DNA of 64,000 nt from Candidatus Bathyarchaeia archaeon (lineage in GTDB: Archaea; Thermoproteota; CALKCG01; B24; JAWCPE01). Position numbers and translations under genes: made by a program. The notes beneath the pieces were generated by a model. The model was not told where the DNA came from. It searched no databases and was given only the letters and a program-made list of their open reading frames with translations. Of the stretch, positions 27,352 to 37,054 are shown in pieces. The DNA lies in contig JAWCPE010000001.1 of assembly GCA_038870415.1 (NCBI GenBank), positions 6,806 to 70,805 on the forward strand, given 5' to 3'. Each line of letters starts with the position of its first letter. Positions within the stretch are counted from its first letter, which is position 1.

Positions 27352-29301
27352 CTACATCGACTCTGGGGCGTCGATCCCGATGATCTCCAAGCAGTTCCTT
27401 AGCGTTATCCTCGTAGCTTCCACCAAGCATAGCCTCGCGGCTTTAAGCTCCTCGGATTCGGCCCTGAGTACCGGCAGCTTGTCGTAGAAGGTGTTGAAGA
27501 GGCTGGCCAGCTCGTTCGCAAACTCAGGCAGGAGGTTCGGCCTCAGGTTGTCCGCTGCGTCGGTGAAGACCTCGGGGAACCGGGCTACGGCGAGCCCCAC
27601 CCTCTGCTCCTCATCCCTCTTGAGTTTGTTCTCCGCCACTTGCCGTGGCGTCGATCCGGCTTTTCTAAGGATGCTGCAGGCCCTAGCGTGCGAGTACTGG
27701 ATGAAAGGCCCACTGTTCCTTTCGAAGTCCAGCACGCGGTCCCAGGTGAAGACGACCTCCTTGATAGGTTCCACGGCGGTCAGGGCGTACTTCACAGCCC
27801 CCATGCCGACGATGCGAGCGATCTCCTTCTTCCGGGCTGGGTCGAGTTCCGGGGAGCGCCTCTCCACCTCTTTCCTAGCTCTGCTCTCCGCCTCGTCCAG
27901 CACCTGGTCGAGCGTCACGTATCTGCCTCTTCTACTCGACATCCTGACGCCGGGGAACCTCACAAACCCGTAGGAGAAGTGGTGCTGCCTCGCGGCGAGA
28001 TCCTTGAAGCCCAGGATTGCTAAGGCAACCTTGAGCTGGATCTGCGGATGCGTCTGGTCCGCCCCGACGACGTTGATGACGCGGTCGGCAGACTCGAACT
28101 TCTTCAAGCTGTAGGCGATATCCCGGGTGGCGTAGAGCGTCATCCCGCCGCTTCTCGTCAGGGTCAACGAGGGAATCGCATAGCCCTTTGGGAGGCCAAG
28201 CATCTCCTTAAGCCCCAGGTCCACAGCGGCTCTCTCCGCGTCAAGCTCAAGCACGCCGTCGCTCCAGGAGACGTACGGGCTTGCCCTAAGCCCGCTCAGC
28301 ACCTTGCCGACTTGGCTGCTCCAGGCGAGTTCGCTCTCCCAGTCCCAAGAGTCGAAACTCACGCCGACTCGGTCAAGGCTCTGCTTGAAGCCGTCAAGGC
28401 AGAGCTCAGCAACCGTCCGGATCAGCGCTTTAGCTGTCTCCTCGCCGTCCTCGTAAGCCTTATTCAACGCAGATATCGCCTGCCAGGGGTCCGGGTCCTT
28501 CCTGACCTCTTCGAGAAGCCTATCGAAGAGCTCCGGGTGTCGAGGCTTAACCTCGGCGGCGACTGAGACCCACTCGTCAAGCTCTGCCCTGGTCCGTTTC
28601 GCCTCCTCTGAGTCAGGCGTCTCAGAGAGGCGCTGCAGCCTCTGCTTCAACCTTTCGATCTCGAGGATGCACGAGGCTACTGTGTAGAGTTCGCCTATGA
28701 ACTCGTCTGGTTTCCTGTCCGGCTTTTTTCGCCCAAGCTTCTCGTAAGCGTACGCGATGACGGCCATCTGCCCGCCTACATCGTCCACGTAATAGTGCCT
28801 AGACACGTTGTGGCCTCTCGCCTTGAGTATTCTCGCGAGCGCATCGCCGAGGAACGTATTCCTAGCATGTCCGATGTCTATCGGATGTGTAGGGTTGACG
28901 CTCGTATGTTCAACTATGATCCTCTGCGCCTCACTCACCTTTAGAAACCCCCATTCCCGGTCAAGCTCGACCGCCGACCGGACTGCTTCCACGATCATTC
29001 TGTCGCGGTCGGCGTAGAAGTTGATGTACCCAGGAGGCGCCACCTTGACCTCTCTGACGAAGAGAGACGCGGTAGTATCCATCGCTCCAGCGATCCGTTG
29101 AGCGAGATTGAGGGGGCTCTCCTGCCTCTCCCGCGCGAGGGAGAGACAGAGCGAGGAGCTTAACTCGCCGAGGCCTTCCCCCGGCGGTCTCTGGAGGACG
29201 AGCTGCTCCTCCGTCACGGCAGCCCTGACCTGCCTCACGCACTCTCTGAGAAGGCTTCGGCATTCCTCTCGGAAAGTGCCCCAAGGGTCGCGTGAAAACA
29301 T
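27352..29301 (-). CDS. argS: Arginyl-tRNA synthetase
   Basis: 649 aa. The HIGH region is SVNPTHPIDIGHARN. The KMSK-equivalent is VRMSSRRG. A C-terminal DALR-type anticodon-binding helical domain is present (MGAVKYALT). Confidence 0.92.
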   Translation of the reverse strand: MFSRDPWGTFREECRSLLRECVRQVRAAVTEEQLVLQRPPGEGLGELSSSLCLSLARERQESPLNLAQRIAGAMDTTASLFVREVKVAPPGYINFYADRDRMIVEAVRSAVELDREWGFLKVSEAQRIIVEHTSVNPTHPIDIGHARNTFLGDALARILKARGHNVSRHYYVDDVGGQMAVIAYAYEKLGRKKPDRKPDEFIGELYTVASCILEIERLKQRLQRLSETPDSEEAKRTRAELDEWVSVAAEVKPRHPELFDRLLEEVRKDPDPWQAISALNKAYEDGEETAKALIRTVAELCLDGFKQSLDRVGVSFDSWDWESELAWSSQVGKVLSGLRASPYVSWSDGVLELDAERAAVDLGLKEMLGLPKGYAIPSLTLTRSGGMTLYATRDIAYSLKKFESADRVINVVGADQTHPQIQLKVALAILGFKDLAARQHHFSYGFVRFPGVRMSSRRGRYVTLDQVLDEAESRARKEVERRSPELDPARKKEIARIVGMGAVKYALTAVEPIKEVVFTWDRVLDFERNSGPFIQYSHARACSILRKAGSTPRQVAENKLKRDEEQRVGLAVARFPEVFTDAADNLRPNLLPEFANELASLFNTFYDKLPVLRAESEELKAARLCLVEATRITLRNCLEIIGIDAPESM

Positions 29302-29401
29302 AAGACCGATGAACCAGAGGGGAGCCGGCTCAGAAAAGCCTTTTCCGCCGCTATACTCCGCTACAGACAGATGGATGCGCTGCTCTTCTCCGGTTCCGGG
29401 C

Positions 29402-30781
29402 TTATCTCAGTCCGGCTAGTATATCCTCTACATACTTGCGGGTCTCGTCGTTCAGTCTCTTGGCGCTCTCCTGGGTTCGAGCTTCAGACATAATCCTGAG
29501 AACAGGTTCAGTCCCTGACGGTCGGACGAGTACCCACTCTCCTCGTTTCAGAAGTTTGAACCCGTCGGTTAAATCGATCGTCTCGCCGCGGTGTCTCTCG
29601 GCTAGTGCCGTCACTACTTGTTGGGCTTCTTCTCTCGAGCAGGGAAGCTTCGTCCGCACGGAGAAGTATCTTGGCATTCGGCCTGTGATGGCCGATAGGG
29701 TCTCGCCCCTCGTGGCTAGTACCTCAAGGACCTTCGCCGCGGCGAGGATTCCATCCCGGGTGTACGACAGCCTCGGCAGGATGACGCCTCCGCAGGACCC
29801 TTCTCCGCCGATAGGGGCTCCGACCTCGATCATCTTCTGGACGACGAAGCTCTCGCCTACGCGGCTCCGGTACACCCTTGAACCGTGTCTCTCAGCGATC
29901 TCCTCGAAGAGGCTTGAAGAGGCGACGTTCGTGACGAAGGCCGAGCCGGGGTTCGCTTCGAGGTAAGAGTCAACCACCACTGCGAGTGTGAAGTCCTCAG
30001 GGAGAACCTCGCCTTTTTCATCAACGCAGACAAGCCGGTCAGCATCACAGTCATGGGCGAAGCCTACATCTGCCCCTTCTGCCTTCACGACCTCTACGAG
30101 GCCTGCCAGGGCCTCCTCAGTCGGCTCGATCGGCCTAGGGAAGGCCCCGTCGGGAACCGCGTTGATCGCCGTAAGCTTGCAGCCTAACTGCTGGAGCACG
30201 TAAGGGGTGACGAAGCTTCCAGCGCCGTTCCCCGGGTCGACCGCTACCTTCAGACCTGCCCTCGTCAAGGCTTGAGCATCAACACACTCGGTAACCGACT
30301 TCTCGTAGCGCCCGGAGAGCCGACCGGGCAGAACCCGGCCTACCCTCTCGGAGGCGACGGGTTTGACGGCTTCACTCCTCCAGTCTTCCCTTACTCTGAA
30401 CAGTTCCCTCTCGCTTAAGGGCAGCCCGTTGGGACCTACGAGCTTCAGACCGTTCCAGTCAGGCGGGTTATGGGATGCTGTGACGATTATGCCGCCCGCC
30501 GCTCCAAGATGTTTGACTGCGAAGACAGCTTTAGGCGACGGAACTACTCCGAGGTCTAGGACGTCGCATCCGACCGAGGTGAGGCCGGCGGAGACTGCGG
30601 CGACGACCATCTCACCTGTAGCCCTAGTATCCCTCCCGACCGCGACTCGGCCCTTCCCAAGCCAAGCTCCGAAGGAGGCTGATATCTCCAAGGCTGTTCT
30701 GGCTGTGAACGTCCTGCCGACGACACCGCGTACACCTGAGATGGTGAAGATAGGCTCTGAGCGAACGCTCCCCTCACTCAA
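29402..30781 (-). CDS. Phosphoglucosamine mutase / phosphomannomutase family (archaeal PGM/PMM)
   Basis: 459 aa. The active-site phosphoserine motif GIIVTASHNPPDWNGLK is present. The metal-binding site FAHDCDADRL and the phosphate-binding segment GGEGSCGG are also present. Confidence 0.88.
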   Translation of the reverse strand: MSEGSVRSEPIFTISGVRGVVGRTFTARTALEISASFGAWLGKGRVAVGRDTRATGEMVVAAVSAGLTSVGCDVLDLGVVPSPKAVFAVKHLGAAGGIIVTASHNPPDWNGLKLVGPNGLPLSERELFRVREDWRSEAVKPVASERVGRVLPGRLSGRYEKSVTECVDAQALTRAGLKVAVDPGNGAGSFVTPYVLQQLGCKLTAINAVPDGAFPRPIEPTEEALAGLVEVVKAEGADVGFAHDCDADRLVCVDEKGEVLPEDFTLAVVVDSYLEANPGSAFVTNVASSSLFEEIAERHGSRVYRSRVGESFVVQKMIEVGAPIGGEGSCGGVILPRLSYTRDGILAAAKVLEVLATRGETLSAITGRMPRYFSVRTKLPCSREEAQQVVTALAERHRGETIDLTDGFKLLKRGEWVLVRPSGTEPVLRIMSEARTQESAKRLNDETRKYVEDILAGLR

Positions 30782-31013
30782 GTTGGTTCCCTCAACGATC
30801 GACCTGTTACCGCGTAATAAGCCAAGCCATGCTGGCCTGGCTTTTTCTTTTCAGCCCTAGGGGACTGCTCCAGCCTTAGCGGTGGGCCTGGTAGCTTCGC
30901 AGGGTTGGTTGGAGAAATGAAATGTGGCGTGCTGGGAAACGAGCCTGAAATGACGGCCTAGGTCTTTACTTTCGGGTATAGGTGAAGAGAGCCCCGGGCA
31001 AGCCTGGGGATGC

Positions 31014-31643
31014 TTACTTCTTTTTAACCCAGGCTCTGCAGATCTCGACGCCAGCTACAGCGTCTCGCGCGTAGGCGTCAGCTCCAATGGCCTTCGCGTA
31101 CTCGTCGGTTAAGGGTGCGCCGCCTACGATGACCTTCACCTGCTTCCTTAAGCCTGCCCGTTCGAGCTGCTCGATGATGGCCTTCATATTTACCATGGTC
31201 GTTGTGAGCAAAGCTGAGACGCCGATTATCCCTGCCTTCGAGTTTTTAACCTCCTCGACGAACTTCTCAGGTGGGACGTCTACGCCGAGGTCGTGAACCT
31301 CGAAGCCCGCGGCGGTGAGGAGTGTGGAGACAACGTTCTTGCCGATGTCGTGGAGGTCTCCTTGAACGGTGCCGAGGACGACGACGCCGAGCGGCTCCCT
31401 CTTCTCCTTCTCCAGGTAAGGTTTGAGTACCGCCATCCCTTCCTTCATCGTCTCCCCAGCCATGATGAGCTCAGCCAAGAAGTACTCTCCCTCCTCATAC
31501 TTCTTGCCCACGATGTCCATGCCCTTCGACATTCCCTCCATGACTGCGTCGTACGGCGAGATCCCTGCCGCTATGGCATCCTCAGCGGCTTTCTTCACGC
31601 CTTCGATGTCGAAGGTGACGATACCATCCCTGAGCTTGTTCAA
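31014..31643 (-). CDS. Cobalamin-binding corrinoid protein (B12-binding cap + Rossmann domain)
   Basis: 209 aa. An N-terminal B12-binding-2 helical cap is present. GTVQGDLHDIGKNVV is the DxHxxG cobalamin lower-ligand motif. It resembles MtaC/MtbC/MttC-type corrinoid proteins. Confidence 0.85.
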   Translation of the reverse strand: MNKLRDGIVTFDIEGVKKAAEDAIAAGISPYDAVMEGMSKGMDIVGKKYEEGEYFLAELIMAGETMKEGMAVLKPYLEKEKREPLGVVVLGTVQGDLHDIGKNVVSTLLTAAGFEVHDLGVDVPPEKFVEEVKNSKAGIIGVSALLTTTMVNMKAIIEQLERAGLRKQVKVIVGGAPLTDEYAKAIGADAYARDAVAGVEICRAWVKKK

Positions 31644-31922
31644 GATCTCTTGACGGTTAGCCGTAACCCATCACCATCTAACAGGCTTGTAGCTTACCGG
31701 CGCTCAGCATATAAAACTTGCGAGCTGACCTCACTCGCAGCCTCCAATGAGGGAGTCCCACGTCCTAACTGGGCTAACTCATTCATTGAAGCGATGCCAA
31801 CCACCTCGCTGAGGGCTTCGCCCGCTGTCCGAGCTGGGCATGCGTTTAGACCAGTGGGCACTGAGGAACAGGGCAGGTAGCCGCCACCGAACATGTTTTA
31901 TCAGGCCGTAGCCACTCTCTTG

Positions 31923-32249
31923 TCGGCGGCGGGTAAGGACCGGGGAGCTAGCCCTGCCCTGTTGCCTGAAACGGGCTATACGCAGGGGTCCGTCAACCTT
32001 GAGGAGCGATGACCTGAGCGGTCGTAGGCCGAGGCTCCTCGACGAGGAGGCTTCGCCCCGCAGGGTTGGGCGGTGCAAGCAGCCCTTTCGAAGGAAAGGG
32101 TTGACCTGCTCTGCCGTCGAACCGGGCAAGGCCGGGAACGGAGCAACCCTAAGATGGACGCCCCGACGTTTGCGGGAGAACGGGGCTGAGGAAGGGGGCC
32201 TCGACACCGCGGCTGGGAGGGCATCCATCCCCGAGGGAGGCCGCCGCTA
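31923..32249 (+). ncRNA. ffs: Signal recognition particle RNA (7S/SRP RNA)
   Basis: The 5' GGCGGCGGGTAAGGACCGGGG matches the archaeal SRP RNA 5' domain, and its complement CCGCCGC lies at 32241-32247. The helix-8 apical motif GGCCGGGAACGGAGCAACC corresponds to CCGGAAGGGAGCAAC (archaeal) and GGAAACGGAGCAGG (human). Total length is about 325 nt. Overlapping protein ORFs in the track are shadows. Confidence 0.8.
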
Positions 32250-33323
32250 GACGCGCCAACGGAGCACCGCGACCAGTCCGCCTATCGAGTAGAGCTTCTC
32301 GCCTGCCTCCGTTTCCGACGAGATGATAGCCGTCTCCCCGCCCCTCTTCTCGACGGCCTCCATCAGCTTCCTAAGCGACAGCCACTCCTCCTCAGTCACG
32401 CTTCTGAGCAGCCTATCCGAGATGAGAAGCCTCTCCACGGCGCCGTACTCAACGGCCTGCTCGACCACTTCCTTACCGTAGGCGATCCTGCCGTCCTCTC
32501 TGCTAAGCCTCAGGAAGGCCTCTTCGACGAGCTTCGTCTCCAAGACCGCCCTCGCCTCAGAAGCGTACCGCGTGATCAGCCCTGCTCGGAGCGCCTCGTT
32601 GACTCCCGCGGAGCCTCCGACGCTGACGCTTCCGAGGCGGATGGCGTCCGCCAGCCTAGGCCGTCTCGCAGAGAGGTAGTCTTTGAACTCCTGCTTGACG
32701 AAGCCTGGCCCAACGATCAGGATTACGCCGGGGTCTCCGTTCAGCGCCTCCTCTAGGCTTGCTAGGGCCTTCTCGAAGTAGGCTGCTCGGGAGGCTTCCC
32801 TCTGAGCGGGCTGGGCTTTCCCGGCGGGTTCCACGTGCCATTCAGCCATCGTCTCAACGCCGAACTCCCTGAGCCCTGCCACGCAGAAGTCCTCATCATC
32901 CATCGCTACGATGAGTAGCCTAGGCCTGAAGGATTTAACGGCCTCTTGTAGCCTCTCGAGGTCATAGTTCGGCCACTCCTCTTTGATGATCACGATCGGT
33001 TCGCCGGTCTTGATGTTGAACGTGTGGTAGTTGCCCTCTACGCCTTGGAACTTCTCCGGGGCCTCCAGCACCACTCCACGGATGCGAAGCCTTCGAACGT
33101 ACCGGTCAAGTTCCAAGGCTTCAACGCGGAGGCTCAGGTTCATGGGAAAACGGTGCTTCTCAGAGGGGGTATCTTCGCCTCCGCCGACCTTGACTTCGCG
33201 GGTCGTCCTCGCATGGACTACGTCGCCGCGGCGTACGATGTGGAAGAGGTGCCAGAGGTCGTCGAGGCTCTCCGGCACCACCTTGATCCGCCCATGTTTA
33301 GGGTCTCGCGCAAGAACTCTCAC
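32247..33323 (-). CDS. pelA: Pelota/Dom34 mRNA surveillance protein (aRF1-like)
   Basis: Start placed at GTG 33323 (MRVLARDPKHGRIKVVPESLDDLWHLFHIV). The Pelota N-domain and the central and eRF1-like C domains are present (GGLVAVLRWRV at the C-terminus). Confidence 0.88.
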   Translation of the reverse strand: MRVLARDPKHGRIKVVPESLDDLWHLFHIVRRGDVVHARTTREVKVGGGEDTPSEKHRFPMNLSLRVEALELDRYVRRLRIRGVVLEAPEKFQGVEGNYHTFNIKTGEPIVIIKEEWPNYDLERLQEAVKSFRPRLLIVAMDDEDFCVAGLREFGVETMAEWHVEPAGKAQPAQREASRAAYFEKALASLEEALNGDPGVILIVGPGFVKQEFKDYLSARRPRLADAIRLGSVSVGGSAGVNEALRAGLITRYASEARAVLETKLVEEAFLRLSREDGRIAYGKEVVEQAVEYGAVERLLISDRLLRSVTEEEWLSLRKLMEAVEKRGGETAIISSETEAGEKLYSIGGLVAVLRWRV

Positions 33324-33392
33324 CGCGACGCCCGGGAGCAACCGTGGAACCTAAGTGCAGATAAAGGTTCATCCCGAGGCGGGCGGTATAGC

Positions 33393-33875
33393 ATGGAGCC
33401 GGTAGTCATACGCCCAGTCGCAGCCGGAGACCTACGACAGGTCTTGGAGATCGAGAGGCTGAGCTTCAAACGTCCCTACCCGTCCTCGTACATCGACACG
33501 TTAGCGTATCTCAGCCCCGATACTTTCCTCGTGGCGGAAGCCGACCGCAGGGTCGTGGGGTACGCCGTCTTCTCGATGAGGGGGAGGACCGCGCATATTC
33601 TTTCTCTTGCCGTGCACCCGGAGTGGAGACGTAAGGGGATCGGCTTAGCGCTGCTCAAGAACGTTGTTTGCTCGGCGAGAAGGAGTAAAGCGTCCTCCAT
33701 CAGGTTGGAGGTCAGGGAGAGCAACCTAGTAGCCCAGAGACTGTATGCTCAAGCAGGGTTCAGCGAGTCCGGACGGATTCGCGCTTACTACGAGGATGGA
33801 GAGGACGCCGTCGTCATGGAACTCACGCTCTCTAACAGCCTCAACGCCGCAGCTGGGGCCGACCGCGACCTGTAA
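33393..33875 (+). CDS. rimI: GNAT N-acetyltransferase, RimI-like
   Basis: ATG at 33393 gives MEPVVIRPVAAGDLRQVLEIE. The acetyl-CoA-binding motif RRKGIGLALL (R/Q-x-x-G-x-G/A) is present. The ORF-track N-terminal extension is antisense to pelota and was rejected. Confidence 0.8.
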   Translation: MEPVVIRPVAAGDLRQVLEIERLSFKRPYPSSYIDTLAYLSPDTFLVAEADRRVVGYAVFSMRGRTAHILSLAVHPEWRRKGIGLALLKNVVCSARRSKASSIRLEVRESNLVAQRLYAQAGFSESGRIRAYYEDGEDAVVMELTLSNSLNAAAGADRDL

Positions 33876-33960
33876 GAGTAGACGGGTCTCCGAGAAGACC
33901 CCTCTTCTCCACGGATACGTTTCGGCCTCCGGGACACCTTTATAACATGCTGATCTTGCA

Positions 33961-35118
33961 TTGATGCAAGATCAGCGGGTTCAAAGAGAAATGAACAGAA
34001 GCATGGTGGCTGTCCTCGTCACCGTAGCCTTGGTCGCAACGGCAGTCTACCTCCTTGAGGGAGAGCCACACCTGCTCGAGCCGGGACCGATGAGATCGGC
34101 TGTCGTGGTCTCGGTAGCCCTAGCGGGCGTCTTCGTCTTCTACATGCTCACCTCTCGGGCTCTGAGAGCGACGATACTCATGGCGAAGGGCACCGAGGGC
34201 GACGTGAAGATGCTGATAGGCCTCTGGAGGATCTTCGTAGCCTTCGCCGCCGCGCTTCTCCTTGTGAGCTACTACTCTCAGGGCTTGCTCGCGGCCGCCT
34301 TCGGAGCCTTCGGTGGCCTCATCATAGGTTGGTCACTCCAGGCGCCCATCAGCGGGATGGCGGCTTGGATACTCGTCACGCTCAAGAGGCCGTTCAAGGT
34401 CGGCGACAGGGTGATGCTCCCATCTTACGGGCTCGTAGGGGACGTCACGGACGTGAACCCCATGTACACCGTACTAAACCAGGTAGGCGGTGCAATAGGG
34501 AGTGAGGAGCCCGTGGGAAGGAACATCCTTGTTCCTAACGCGATGCTCTTCGGTAACCTCGTCATCAACTACACGCCCCGGCGGGAAGATGAGCCCATTC
34601 CCACCCAGGCGGCGGCCCAACAGCCTGGAGCATACATACTTGATGAGGTGGTTACAAGGATCACCTTCGATTCAGACTGGGATGAGGCGGAACGGATACT
34701 ACTTGACGCGGCGAGGGAGGTCACAGCCGACATCATAAAAGCCACCGGGCAAGAACCCTACATCCGCTCCGACATGTACGACTACGGCGTCTGGCTGAGG
34801 CTCCGCTACATGACTCTCGCCACAGACCGGCCTAGGATAACCCATGAGATCACGAAGCGCATCTTCAAGGAGTTCGCCCAGAACGATAAGCTGGACTTCG
34901 CCATACCCTACGTCTACTCGTACAAGAAAGCAGTGCAAGCTGGCCCCCTCTCAATGCCAGTCGGGATGAACTCGAGGAGTCAGCCGCTAGAGCCCATCTC
35001 CACCCAGCTCGAACAGGGAGGCCTCATCCTCTGCAGCAAATGTGGGACGGCGAACCCGCTCCGCGGCGAGTATTGCCTCAAGTGCGGGAAGAAGCTACAT
35101 GCGGTGAGAGCTGACTGA
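33961..35118 (+). CDS. Small-conductance mechanosensitive channel (MscS family) with C-terminal zinc ribbon
   Basis: 385 aa with three N-terminal TM helices. The MscS beta-domain is IIGWSLQAPISGMAAWILVTLKRPFKVGDRVML. The C-terminus has CSKCGTANPLRGEYCLKCGKKL. Confidence 0.8.
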   Translation: MMQDQRVQREMNRSMVAVLVTVALVATAVYLLEGEPHLLEPGPMRSAVVVSVALAGVFVFYMLTSRALRATILMAKGTEGDVKMLIGLWRIFVAFAAALLLVSYYSQGLLAAAFGAFGGLIIGWSLQAPISGMAAWILVTLKRPFKVGDRVMLPSYGLVGDVTDVNPMYTVLNQVGGAIGSEEPVGRNILVPNAMLFGNLVINYTPRREDEPIPTQAAAQQPGAYILDEVVTRITFDSDWDEAERILLDAAREVTADIIKATGQEPYIRSDMYDYGVWLRLRYMTLATDRPRITHEITKRIFKEFAQNDKLDFAIPYVYSYKKAVQAGPLSMPVGMNSRSQPLEPISTQLEQGGLILCSKCGTANPLRGEYCLKCGKKLHAVRAD

Positions 35119-35295
35119 GCTGTTGGCTCCGTCTCCGGCCGCTTGCTGAGGCGTATCGAGGACTATACCGCCGCTCGTGTCAAGGCTTTTATCCGATATC
35201 TTTGTATCGTCCGCTGAGACTGTAGGAGTCCTCGCCTTCAGGACAGCGACGAGGGGAGTCTGGGAGAGGAGCCCCATACATGGAGCGCGGCGCCG

Positions 35296-35631
35296 ATGGC
35301 TTCAGATGAGCAGATCGAGCTGATTCTTAAGGAGTACCAAGACGGCAAGAGCATCACACGGATAGTGAGGGAACTAGGGGTACCGAAGCACTGGGTATAC
35401 TTCGCACTCGGCTCCAAAGGCATCAAGCCACGGGCGGCTGGAGGCCAGCGGGGAACCAACGTGACGCTGCTTCGACCCATGAAGAACACTTCAAGCCGCA
35501 TGGCAACCGTCCCAGCGAGCATCATAAAGGAGCTGGGCATCGATCAGAACGAAGCGTGGGAGATAAAGTGGACGATCCTCGACCGGAAGAGGAGGCTCAT
35601 CCAAGCCGAAGCCCGGCCGTGTAGAGGCTAG
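35296..35631 (+). CDS. Small HTH + AbrB/SpoVT-like swapped-hairpin DNA-binding protein
   Basis: 111 aa. The N-terminal ILKEYQDGKSITRIVRELGVPKHWVYFAL is an HTH. The C-terminal MATVPASIIKELGIDQNEAWEIKW is AbrB/MazE-like. Confidence 0.4.
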   Translation: MASDEQIELILKEYQDGKSITRIVRELGVPKHWVYFALGSKGIKPRAAGGQRGTNVTLLRPMKNTSSRMATVPASIIKELGIDQNEAWEIKWTILDRKRRLIQAEARPCRG

Positions 35632-36684
35632 AGCGACAGCCCAATGACAGACACGTAGCTGCTTGACTGCCTCCCTCTGTGAGGGCCCTCTGAATATCAA
35701 TCAGATTGGACGCCTTTGAAGGCAGGTACCTGTTCACACATCCTAGGTTGATCGGGATGTCGAAGGGGAGCCTCACTCTTTATTCCAGCTGGGCTGAACA
35801 TCTTTAGGCAGACGCCTATCTCACCTCAGGTCACGATGCGTAGGAAGTGTCAGCCGGCTCTGGACGGCCTACTCAGACTCCTCGGAGATGAGGAATGGCC
35901 CAGCCTGGGTGAGATGACCGCTCATTTCGATGTCTGAGGAAAGGACTACCCCCGGGGTTTCTTCGCTGACTGCTCTCTCGCGCCTCGAGTTCGAGGAAGA
36001 GCATCGCAGAGCGAGGATCGCGGCTGAGAAACCAACTGGCACGACCACAGGAGCGCGGCGTCCGATTTAGCCCTTGCCCAACATACCCGTCAACGCCCTC
36101 TATCCGCAGGAACTCACCTCCTCCCCCGGGTGGTCTTGAGCCCTGGGCTGCTCGTCGATGGTCCTTCCCCTTTAGGAAGGCAACATGCCTTTTTAGCATT
36201 CTGAAGTCGAGCCGAGTATCATGCTAAGAGGTTTTTCCTCTTAGGTTGGAGGGCAGCCGTAGAACCTGAGCGGCAATCTGCAGCCACACTCGTCTGTGCG
36301 TGCGTGTGTGCACGCGCAGAGCACCTCTAGTTACGCGCTCCGTTAGGTAGTAAGCAAGCTCCCCTTACACTCGGGGCTGGGGATAGCGCTTCAGTCTGTG
36401 CATGTCAGCAGCCCTGAACATAAGGCTCAGCCTTCAGCTGGAGGCGAGTGGACTAGTCCCGAAAGCCTCCTTGGTTTCCGGGGAGAGAAACGTGCGGGTT
36501 GAACTCCTCAAAGCCGAGGGGGGAGCAATAGCTGGTTGCGGGTCAAAATACCGGGCTTTCAAAACCGGGCTTGAAGGCCCACTCAAGGGCCGTAGTGGAG
36601 TGACTCGCCGACGCGTCTCCACAACGATGGAGGCCCCTGCTCTTGCTCAGCGCCCCAGTCTCGGCTTGAACTGCTGGACCTGCT

Positions 36685-36939
36685 TCATCCACGCTTCTTT
36701 TCGTCTCTGCTTCGAAGCCACCACTTCAGGTAGTCTCTTCGTTCCTGCTTCTTCCTCTCCTCATCGCTGTCCTCGTTTCTGGCGGTGTTCCATGCCTCGA
36801 TGAGTTCCTGATGATGGAAGGTGAGGCCGCAGCTTAAGCAGCTGTAGACCTTATGCTGTGGGTCGTATCTGAGTTCGCCCCCGCACTCCGGGCAATACTT
36901 AGCCATCTCTCCCCTCAGCTTCGATGCATCAACGTCCAA
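36685..36939 (-). CDS. Small zinc-ribbon protein
   Basis: 84 aa. CPECGGELRYDPQHKVYSCLSCG is a C4 ribbon. A lysine/glutamate-rich tail follows. Confidence 0.35.
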   Translation of the reverse strand: MDVDASKLRGEMAKYCPECGGELRYDPQHKVYSCLSCGLTFHHQELIEAWNTARNEDSDEERKKQERRDYLKWWLRSRDEKKRG

Positions 36940-37054
36940 TTTCTACCTTGTGATCTCGAAACGCGAACATGATGGGACTAGCAGCCGACACTGTACTCCG
37001 CCATGACCAGTTGGGTGCCTCCGTTCAGAAAGCCGCGACGCGGTGCTGAAGTTG

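Noticed and set aside
31694-32250. ORFs 31694-31894, 31779-32228, 31976-32224 and 31999-32250
   Set aside because: They overlap the SRP RNA locus on both strands. RNA gene shadows.
33024-33392. N-terminal 123 aa of ORF 33024-33875
   Set aside because: It is antisense to the pelota gene. The GNAT domain starts cleanly at ATG 33393 with its own upstream gap.
36402-36803. 133-aa ORF on the plus strand
   Set aside because: It overlaps the convincing Zn-ribbon gene on the other strand and the candidate structured-RNA segment. Composition is Ala/Ser/Arg-rich and shadow-like.
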